The position numbers and the translations under genes were made by a program. Under the pieces are notes generated by a model, which made no database searches, was not told where the DNA came from, and saw only the letters and a program-made list of their open reading frames with translations. Below, in pieces: positions 49,159 through 57,199 of a DNA stretch of 64,000 nucleotides (its first letter is position 1; each line of letters starts with the position of its first letter). Location of the stretch: the NCBI GenBank assembly GCA_965209085.1, contig OZ242376.1:32001-96000 (forward strand), given 5' to 3'. The stretch comes from Nitrosopumilaceae archaeon. GTDB taxonomy: Archaea; Thermoproteota; Nitrososphaeria; Nitrososphaerales; Nitrosopumilaceae.

Positions 49159-50598
49159 TTACATTAGGATAACATCGTGAGGCTGACTTTCTGCAAATCC
49201 AGCCCGTGACATTTTGATAAATTCGGCGTTTTCCTGCATCTGCGGTATGGTGTGCGCGCCACAATAGCTCAAACCGGAGCGTATACCGCCGGTAAGTTGC
49301 TTTAGTATGTCATTGACGCTCCCTTTGTATGGAACCATTGCTTCAACACCTTCTGCGACATAATCGTTAAGATCGTCCTCATTTTGTGCCTGCGCAGACT
49401 GTTCTTTGGATTTACGGCCAAGCGAAGCTGCAAGTGAGGCCATTCCACGATAAACTTTGAACCTTTTGCCATTTTTGGTAAGAACCGAACCGGGGGATTC
49501 ATCAGTGCCTCCAAGCATGCTTCCTACCATTATGGATGAGGCGCCTGCAGCGAGTGCCTTTGTGACATCGCCGGAGGTACGCGTTCCACCATCAGATATT
49601 ATTGGGACTCCGTTATCGTGTCCTACCTTGGCGCATTCAATAACTGCCGTAAGTTGCGGTACCCCGGAACCGGTAATCACACGTGTTATGCATATGGAAC
49701 CGGACCCCACTCCTACTTTAACGGCGTCAACTCCAGCGTTAATTAAATCGGTAGTTCCCTGCGCCGTGGCAACATTACCTGCTACAAGCTCGCAGTCTGG
49801 AAATGCTTTTTTGATGTTGCGTATTGCATTAATGGCGTTTTCACTGTGACCGTGAGCGATATCAACTACCAGTACGTCCGCTCCCGCATCTAACAGGGCT
49901 TCAGTACGATCCATAAAATCGCCTTTTACTCCTACGGCAGCTCCTACCAGTGGTCTGCCTTTGGAATCTTTGGAAGCGTACGGATGTGCTTGGGCATTTG
50001 TAATGTCCTTTGTGGTAATTATGCCCTGCACTCTGCCTTTCTCGTCCACCAATGGAAGCTTTTCTTTACGGTGTTTGTGCAAAATTTCTTTGGCTTCCTC
50101 TATGGAAGTGCCGTATGGTGCGGTAATCACATCCTTTGTCATAAAGTCGCTTATCTTACGATCTAGCTCGGTCTGAAACACCAAATCACGTTCTGTTAAG
50201 ATTCCAACAAGTTTTTGCGTTTCTGGATCAACCACCAAGAGTCCGGAAACGTCCTTGTCCGCCGTATAGTTGAGTGCATCTGTTAGTGTTTCATTTGGAC
50301 TTATTGTGTATGGGTTTTCAATCATAATACTGCCGGATCGCTTGGTTTTTAGAATCTCATTGGCTTGTTCTTTAACGGTTAAAAATCGGTGTATAATTCC
50401 CACACCGCCAAGTCTGGCCAGAATTACGGCCATTGAGGACTCTGTTACCGTATCCATATTTGCGCTGATTATGGGTATGTTAAGCGGGATATTACGCGTG
50501 AGTTTGGTGGAAAGATCGATCTGTGAACGGCTTGTAATATCTGAATATTTGGGTACAAGAAGAACGTCATCAAACGTGAGTCCTTCTCTAAATTCCAA
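49159..50598 (-). CDS. guaB: IMP dehydrogenase with CBS domains
   Basis: GLTFDDVLLVP, MDTVTE, GSGSICITR, YRGM, EGVE. Confidence 0.97.
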   Translation of the reverse strand: MEFREGLTFDDVLLVPKYSDITSRSQIDLSTKLTRNIPLNIPIISANMDTVTESSMAVILARLGGVGIIHRFLTVKEQANEILKTKRSGSIMIENPYTISPNETLTDALNYTADKDVSGLLVVDPETQKLVGILTERDLVFQTELDRKISDFMTKDVITAPYGTSIEEAKEILHKHRKEKLPLVDEKGRVQGIITTKDITNAQAHPYASKDSKGRPLVGAAVGVKGDFMDRTEALLDAGADVLVVDIAHGHSENAINAIRNIKKAFPDCELVAGNVATAQGTTDLINAGVDAVKVGVGSGSICITRVITGSGVPQLTAVIECAKVGHDNGVPIISDGGTRTSGDVTKALAAGASSIMVGSMLGGTDESPGSVLTKNGKRFKVYRGMASLAASLGRKSKEQSAQAQNEDDLNDYVAEGVEAMVPYKGSVNDILKQLTGGIRSGLSYCGAHTIPQMQENAEFIKMSRAGFAESQPHDVILM

Positions 50599-50653
50599 AG
50601 ATACCTTGTATAATGTACATTGGCTATGTTATAAGTTTTTAGAAATTAAAGAC

Positions 50654-50734
50654 GTATGAGGTCACGTCATGCCTAGAATTTATGCAATAAATGACGATGT
50701 AGGCACAAAATAGCACGAGGTATTGACTTCATAC
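50654..50734. mobile_element. 81-bp MITE-like element with 11-bp TIRs and 8-bp target-site duplication
   Basis: TIRs GTATGAGGTCA / TGACTTCATAC (1 mismatch), flanked on both sides by TTAAAGAC (50646-50653, 50735-50742). Confidence 0.7.
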
Positions 50735-50835
50735 TTAAAGACGTAATATATGCAAATTTGTGGCTAAAATTCAGATTCTGTTCGCTATGGCTAGATACTA
50801 TATATGATTAATTAGAACCTCCGTTTTAGTTATCC

Positions 50836-52260
50836 ATGAGGCAAGAAATCACAGAAGCGTTATCGTATGCTCTCAACAAGGGTATTCAGGTACATCCTAA
50901 CGTGATGGATGTGTTGGAGAATGCCGATGCGACAAAGCTGATGCACATTATGCGTGAGATAATTGTAGAAAAAACCCGCCAACGTAATTTTTTCATAACC
51001 AAGGATGATATCGAAGCCGCACTTGGTATAAAAGAATCTGTGGATGTAACTGCCACATTTGACGTGTTATTTGATCCTAGTCCAAATGTGGCATCTGCTG
51101 AAGGCATAGAAGGATATGGGGATTTGTTTAGGAGTAGATATGAAAAGTTGCACAAGATAATATCTCAAAGACCGAAAGCAAAAAAACTAAGATCTGTTAC
51201 AAATTTGAAGGGAATTAAAAAACCAAATACGGAGATGTATGTCTGTGGTCTTGTCATAGAGAAAAATATAGGAAAAGATCGTGCGACATTCAAACTTGAT
51301 GATCTTACGGGGATTAGTGCCGACATATCCGCATATGATGAGAAAATAATAGAAAAAGTATCGTTGTTGCTTGACGATCAAATGATCATGGTTGAAGTTA
51401 TTGAATCAAAAAAAGGCAGTTTGGTGGCAAAAGATGTAATAGTGCCGGGAGTAATTGCATCGCCAGAAAACAGATCTAAAACTGACACATATGCAGCTTT
51501 TGTATCTGATCTGCATATCGGCAGTAAATTTTTCATGGAAAATGAGTTTATTGAATTTGTAGATTGGCTTTCAAGTCCAGACCCAAAGGCAAGAAAAGTG
51601 CGCTTTTTAATCATAGGGGGGGATCTTTTAGATGGTGTGGGCATATACAAAGATCAAAATAAAGAGCTTGTATTTCAAACCGTGGAAGAACAGCTTGTAA
51701 AGGCATATGAAATACTGTGCCGTGTTCCAAAACATATTCAAATTTTTATTTCTCCTGGAAACCATGATCCAGGCAGAAGAGCCTTGCCGCAACCGGCCAT
51801 ACCAAAAAAATATCATGCCAAATTTTGGGAGCGTTCAAACATTACCATGGTGGGTAATCCGGCCATGGTAGCACTTAATGATGTTAAAGTTTTGATTTAC
51901 CATGGTCAGTCTATAGATGATTTGGTTAGAACCACGCCAGGTATGAAATATGAAAACCCAACTAGAGCCATGAAGCATCTTTTGAAAGCCCGACATCTTG
52001 GACCGATTTACGGTGGCAGTACGCCAATAGCACCTGAAAGTGAGGATATGTTGGTTATTGATGATGTCCCAGATATTTTTCAAACAGGCCATGTGCACAT
52101 ATCAGAAATTGAAACGTACAAGGGAATTCTTTTGTTGAATTCTGGCACATGGCAAAAACAAACTGGTTTTCAGGCAAGTGTTGGAATAACGCCCACGCCA
52201 GGTATAGCCATACTTGTTAATCTTAAAACGTTAAAATCCGATTATTATATGCAAAATTAG
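50836..52260 (+). CDS. polD1: DNA polymerase D small (proofreading) subunit DP1
   Basis: SDLHIGS, GDLLDGVGIY..Q, PGNHD, YHG.S.DD, RHL.P.YG, GHVH, NSGTWQ.QT. Confidence 0.95.
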   Translation: MRQEITEALSYALNKGIQVHPNVMDVLENADATKLMHIMREIIVEKTRQRNFFITKDDIEAALGIKESVDVTATFDVLFDPSPNVASAEGIEGYGDLFRSRYEKLHKIISQRPKAKKLRSVTNLKGIKKPNTEMYVCGLVIEKNIGKDRATFKLDDLTGISADISAYDEKIIEKVSLLLDDQMIMVEVIESKKGSLVAKDVIVPGVIASPENRSKTDTYAAFVSDLHIGSKFFMENEFIEFVDWLSSPDPKARKVRFLIIGGDLLDGVGIYKDQNKELVFQTVEEQLVKAYEILCRVPKHIQIFISPGNHDPGRRALPQPAIPKKYHAKFWERSNITMVGNPAMVALNDVKVLIYHGQSIDDLVRTTPGMKYENPTRAMKHLLKARHLGPIYGGSTPIAPESEDMLVIDDVPDIFQTGHVHISEIETYKGILLLNSGTWQKQTGFQASVGITPTPGIAILVNLKTLKSDYYMQN

Positions 52261-53474
52261 AGGATGTCCTCTAATACCGAATCGCCTTCAAATGCTTCTT
52301 TTATCGTCTCCAAAGTAACGTTAATTTTGTATTTTTTTGTCCTACCATGTATGCCTTGATGGGATATACGCCCAGATATTATGCCAGATAGTTCAATGTC
52401 TCCCAATATTTGGGTAGTTCTTCTAGTAGTAAGGGCGTTTTGCCGAACGGTTCTTGCAAGATCCTTGTAAGCGGCATATATTTCTCCGGTAGAGTTTCCT
52501 TTTGAACGTATTACAGCCAATAAAACGAGTTTTTCGTGCAGTGGATAAGCACTAAGAGCTGACACTTCTTTGTTTTCCTCTATTTTTCTAGATGCAGTTC
52601 TAATGTGTTTTTCAGTAACTAGTTTCTTGTGTTCTCTTTCAGCTATTTCACCAGCTACTCTAAGTAAATCTATGGCTCTGCGTGCATCACCGTGTTCGCT
52701 GCCGGCCATGGCTGCGCATAAATTAAGTGCCGCATCATCAACACATCCGTTGCAAAACGCTGTTTCAACGCGATCCGCAAGTATTTTACGTATTTGATCT
52801 ACTGTATAATTTTTGAAAACAACTTCTTCCTCACTAAGAGTGCTTAATGCCCTAGGATCTAGTCTCTCTTTAAATGTTAAATCGTTGGATATGCCCACTA
52901 GGGTCAAACTACCGCTGGTTAACCGTTCGTTGGCACGTGTTAATTGATATAAAATATCTTTGCCAGTTTTTTGGACAAGGTGCGCAAGATAGTCAATTTC
53001 GTCTATAACAAAAATTGCATTTATCCCATTTTTAGAAATCACATTTAGTATTCGTTTGAATACTTCTGATGTAGACAAGCCTGCTGCAGGTAATTTCTTT
53101 TCATCTAAATCAAGTTGACGGCCCAAACTTACCAGCATGCCATAAAGTGTTGTTTCTTCTTTAGAGTTAACATAAAGTAATTTTATTGGAAAATTTGTTT
53201 TTACAGCCCGTTCCTGAATTTTAGATAAAACTTTTTTAACCACAAGGGTTTTGCCAGTTCCTGGTTTACCGTATACAAGAAGGTTTGATGGTCTGGATTG
53301 TTTAAGGATGGGAAGAAGTGATTGGGCAACAGATTTTTGTTCTATATCACGATGATGAATTATTGTGGGAATATGTGTAAAATGAAGTGTATTTCTGTTT
53401 TTTAAAAGAGATGTTCCATTGGTCGCTTCTGTTAAGAGGGCGTCAAGTGGGTCCTGTATGGTAATTGTGCTCAT
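52257..53474 (-). CDS. cdc6: Orc1/Cdc6 replication initiator
   Basis: YGKPGTGKT, IDEID, GISND, GDARRAIDLLR, C-terminal wHTH ...G.HGRT. Confidence 0.96.
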   Translation of the reverse strand: MSTITIQDPLDALLTEATNGTSLLKNRNTLHFTHIPTIIHHRDIEQKSVAQSLLPILKQSRPSNLLVYGKPGTGKTLVVKKVLSKIQERAVKTNFPIKLLYVNSKEETTLYGMLVSLGRQLDLDEKKLPAAGLSTSEVFKRILNVISKNGINAIFVIDEIDYLAHLVQKTGKDILYQLTRANERLTSGSLTLVGISNDLTFKERLDPRALSTLSEEEVVFKNYTVDQIRKILADRVETAFCNGCVDDAALNLCAAMAGSEHGDARRAIDLLRVAGEIAEREHKKLVTEKHIRTASRKIEENKEVSALSAYPLHEKLVLLAVIRSKGNSTGEIYAAYKDLARTVRQNALTTRRTTQILGDIELSGIISGRISHQGIHGRTKKYKINVTLETIKEAFEGDSVLEDIL

Positions 53475-53979
53475 TCTAGATCAAGTCATAATCTTTAATC
53501 TATAATTGAACTGATCAAATTATGTTTTTTAACACTACTGATCAAGTTTATTGACTGACACACCCACACCATAATTTCGTCTCTACTCCAAATATTTACG
53601 AATACTTTCAATTATGTATATAATAATAATAATGTATTTTTAAAAAAATTATTAATAAAAGAAAGAGTGGAAAGATAGGTGTGTGGGTAGTTAACAAAAT
53701 GTTATTAATTTTTAACAACGAACCAAAATACCCACTTTTTGACCCTTTCATTTCCACTCTAGGCGTAATCATATCCTTAACAATGTTAATACCCACTTTT
53801 TGACCCTTTCATTTCCACTCTAGGCGTCAATTAACAGCATATTACTCATAAATTAATGATGTTTTGTTAATATAAAGCGCATATTTGATGGTTTTAGGCA
53901 GTCAATATTAACAACTAATGATATTAACAAATTTGAGCGGATCAGTTCAATTGTCAAGATTAATCGACATCTGATCTGA
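53475..53979. other. Candidate replication origin oriC (ORB-like repeats + AT-rich DUE)
   Basis: Intergenic region beside cdc6; AGAGTGGAAA...GG.T...GTGGG ORB-like motifs at ~53560-53586 (-, degenerate), 53664-53689 (+), 53727-53766 (-), 53788-53827 (-); AT-rich ~53590-53663. Confidence 0.8.
53727..53827. repeat. Perfect 40-bp direct repeat containing ORB-like motif (period 61 bp)
   Basis: aatacccactttttgaccctttcatttccactctaggcgt at 53727-53766 and 53788-53827. Confidence 0.92.
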
Positions 53980-54369
53980 ATGGTAAAAAAACGTATTCGA
54001 ATAGATGTTGAAGATTCTGATGGGGCTACATATGATATTAAAGTTGAGGGTAATGTAACCAGAGAAAAAGTACTCAAAATTTTTGACATGTTAGAATTAA
54101 TGAATATTGAATCAGAGCCAGAAAATGTTACATTAAATACAGTTGGCTCAAAAATTTGGTATATAGTTGAAAAACATTATCCTGTTGGGGATTTTACTTC
54201 TACTGGTATTAGGGAAAAATATGAAGATGAATATAACGAACCAATTAAACTGAGTATTATATCGACATACCTTTCACGATTTACGGTTAAGGGTAAAACA
54301 AACCGTATAAAATCTGGTAGAGAATGGACGTATCAAATTTTAAGGGCAGTAATAAACAAACAACAATAA
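53980..54369 (+). CDS. oriC-adjacent hypothetical protein, probable C-terminal winged-helix
   Basis: FTS..I.E.YED....PIKLS.ISTYLSR....G...R.K.G..W.Y pattern resembles wHTH. Confidence 0.75.
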   Translation: MVKKRIRIDVEDSDGATYDIKVEGNVTREKVLKIFDMLELMNIESEPENVTLNTVGSKIWYIVEKHYPVGDFTSTGIREKYEDEYNEPIKLSIISTYLSRFTVKGKTNRIKSGREWTYQILRAVINKQQ

Positions 54370-54379
54370 ATTATAAAGA

Positions 54380-57199
54380 CTACCACTCATTTTCTTTATT
54401 TGTTGATTTTTTATTATCATGTATTCTAGTTTGTAATTTGTTTAATAAATAATATGTTTTAATACGTAGTAACAAAATAACAATAACAGTAATAATAATT
54501 CCTAATACGATCATTAAACCACCGTAATCAGTTTTATAAGATATTGTACCTGTTATATCTGAATTTGCTATAAATGAAATTTGGGGCGTATTATTAGCAT
54601 TAAAACCCACCCAACCATCAAAAACCTGTCTTACTAAAAATAAATATGTATTATGAGTAGGTGCAGATAAAACAACTTCACTACCATATAGATAAATGCC
54701 AGAACCTGTAGCACCAGAGACATTTACATGTATTATTCTTTTATATTGTACAATAAGATTACTATCCATATTTACAACAACATTTACAGAACCATTTACA
54801 TGATTTATGGATTGACCGTTAACAATTATATCCGCAAGAACATAATTATGACCGTTAAAAACACGCTCCAACGGAAAAAACAGATCAATTTTACCTAATT
54901 TGACCTCTAAAATTTGAGGTGTTTGAAGCCCCTGATGCAAATTATTGTTTAATGATCTGATATTGACATTTAATTCCATTCCATCACTGGCTATTGCTTG
55001 TATATTCAACTCGACCATTTTTCTTGCCGTAATAGCAAATTCGGCTTTAGCCGGAGAATATCCAGGCTTTTCTGCAATGAAACTAACAGTATGAATTCCT
55101 TCTTTATTTGGCGTGAATACAAAACTATTGTCCGTTAATTCTCTTACAGGCACCGGCGAATCTACATGAACACTAATGTCTTCCACATCCGATCTGATAA
55201 CCACAGATACATTCTGGCCAACTCTTACGGATGCTGATGAAGGCAAGACTTCAAAATACATTTGATTTGCAAATACTTCTGTGCCAAATTTTATCGCATT
55301 AGATTCAGTAAAAGCGATCATGTCTACAAAACCCAAATCATGTGTAAACAATCTTTGATTGTCTAATTGTATGCCCCCGGTTATAGAATTTGGGTTTATA
55401 CGCATAAACGGAATTCCAAATGAATCTATCTTGTGCATAACATATGGAAATTCTTCTGCCCCATGAACTCGTTCCGGAACATCAAATTTCATTGATACTG
55501 CAGTTTGTGCCGGATGTATATCAGCATATACGGGCTCCGTATTTTGCATTGAAGCTAAAATACGTGTTGATTTATTCATTTTGCCATAAAATACCGCACA
55601 ACCTCCCGTGTCGAAAAATAATTTTTCTGATACATTTTCAAAAGATATGTTGACAGAAACGCTAGCACCTAACATCTTATTTACATCCAACATTATTCCA
55701 TCTGAATCATAAACACAAATCATTGCTAAAGGCTGCCTTATCCCAATAAATGTTGGAATGGACGTTATCATGATCTTATACGTTTCTTCATAAGGCGTGG
55801 TGGATATTATATCAGCATATGTCCGTTCAAAATCTGAACCGGACGCAAATATTTTATATGTTCCAGAATTTTCCACGGTAATGTTAAATTTTACCGCATG
55901 TAACATACGATTGTTTCCTATACCGCCCTCTAAAAATATTGAGTTAGGGTGAATCAAACCTGCAGAAGAAAGTAAAACTGTTTGCCCTTTTAATTTTGCC
56001 GGAATAATTTTTTCTATAGTGGGACTGATCATTGAAGTTAAATCCGTAAAATTTTCCAATGTGTCATCATTACTTGAATATTCAATTGTATATGGTGAAA
56101 CAACCCCCATAAATTTATCCGTACCTACACTAGGATACGCCCAAATCATGGCCATATTTGAAGACGAACCGCTGATTGAGTTAGCTAGTAATTCTGTTAT
56201 CATGTCCATTTTGGTAGGGCCGACCACAAAGGAAGTTTGAGCTGAACCAAATCCTTGCACACTAGCTGTTATTACAACCAACCCCGCCTTGTACGTGGTT
56301 ATTTGTTTGAAACCCACACCGTCAATTATTGAAACCATTTTAGCATCTTTATGAGCTAACCCAGAAAATTTCTCAATGCGTGCTATATCGGTATTACTAG
56401 AAGAAATTTGTGCATCTATTACGCGTGGCGGTTTAAATGGCTTGCCATTTTTTTCAAACCAGATTATTACCATTGTTTGAGAATTTTCAGCTGCTATTGC
56501 AGGAGCTACTGCTATTTTGACTTCTATTTGATTTTGTTCTTTTTTGATTTTATGTTCTGTATGTTCAAAAGATGGGGCACTTGCAAATATTGTGCCAGTT
56601 CCTCGGACATCAACTTTGAATTTAATATAATGCGAATCTGCAGGAATGATTATTGAATTTGGAACAAATACGGACCCTGAAGAATCTAAATGAATTTTTG
56701 TGTCGGACTTAACTACTGCTGGAGCACCATTGTTGTCTATTGCTATAACAAATCCTGTCATGGTTTCAGTTCTAGTCATATTAGACGGTAAAATTATTTT
56801 TAATTTATGTGGTTTTCCTCCAGCTGAATATACATAAGAAGATGTTTCAATTAACTCTCCATTAATATCCGCATATAGTGATACATTTCCATTTTGTTGA
56901 GGCATAATTTTGAATATTCCGTGATTTGATCCAGGAAGTACCGTTACAGAATAATCAGTAATTACTTTAGATGAATCTTCCATAATAAGAAAAAACGTTC
57001 CACCGGATGAAGTTTCCAGTGCCAGTAAGCCCTCATACTCAATTTCCTGTATCATTTCAGGCGGCATCCAAAGATACGCTTCATCTGCCAGCACATACTG
57101 GCAGGTAATATTGAATCCAAATACCATGAATGCGGCACACAGTATAAAATATCTCCAATATTGTATAATTAATACAATATGCATTTTATGACATTCCAA
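54380..57199 (-). CDS. Large cell-surface protein (Ig-like beta domains, C-terminal TM anchor)
   Basis: N-terminal hydrophobic signal, beta-rich body, GSG.Y..G..V.LSA...F.GW.G repeat-like module, TM + basic tail; start uncertain. Confidence 0.7.
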   Translation of the reverse strand: MECHKMHIVLIIQYWRYFILCAAFMVFGFNITCQYVLADEAYLWMPPEMIQEIEYEGLLALETSSGGTFFLIMEDSSKVITDYSVTVLPGSNHGIFKIMPQQNGNVSLYADINGELIETSSYVYSAGGKPHKLKIILPSNMTRTETMTGFVIAIDNNGAPAVVKSDTKIHLDSSGSVFVPNSIIIPADSHYIKFKVDVRGTGTIFASAPSFEHTEHKIKKEQNQIEVKIAVAPAIAAENSQTMVIIWFEKNGKPFKPPRVIDAQISSSNTDIARIEKFSGLAHKDAKMVSIIDGVGFKQITTYKAGLVVITASVQGFGSAQTSFVVGPTKMDMITELLANSISGSSSNMAMIWAYPSVGTDKFMGVVSPYTIEYSSNDDTLENFTDLTSMISPTIEKIIPAKLKGQTVLLSSAGLIHPNSIFLEGGIGNNRMLHAVKFNITVENSGTYKIFASGSDFERTYADIISTTPYEETYKIMITSIPTFIGIRQPLAMICVYDSDGIMLDVNKMLGASVSVNISFENVSEKLFFDTGGCAVFYGKMNKSTRILASMQNTEPVYADIHPAQTAVSMKFDVPERVHGAEEFPYVMHKIDSFGIPFMRINPNSITGGIQLDNQRLFTHDLGFVDMIAFTESNAIKFGTEVFANQMYFEVLPSSASVRVGQNVSVVIRSDVEDISVHVDSPVPVRELTDNSFVFTPNKEGIHTVSFIAEKPGYSPAKAEFAITARKMVELNIQAIASDGMELNVNIRSLNNNLHQGLQTPQILEVKLGKIDLFFPLERVFNGHNYVLADIIVNGQSINHVNGSVNVVVNMDSNLIVQYKRIIHVNVSGATGSGIYLYGSEVVLSAPTHNTYLFLVRQVFDGWVGFNANNTPQISFIANSDITGTISYKTDYGGLMIVLGIIITVIVILLLRIKTYYLLNKLQTRIHDNKKSTNKENEW

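Noticed and set aside
52257-53474. cdc6 as replication gene of the adjacent mobile island
   Set aside because: Full-length canonical Orc1/Cdc6 overlapping polD1 and beside ORB-like repeats; chromosomal origin is the simpler reading
53727-53827. 40-bp repeat / 21-bp spacer / repeat as a mini CRISPR array
   Set aside because: Only two copies, short spacer, no cas genes in the window; the repeat holds an ORB-like motif and sits beside cdc6
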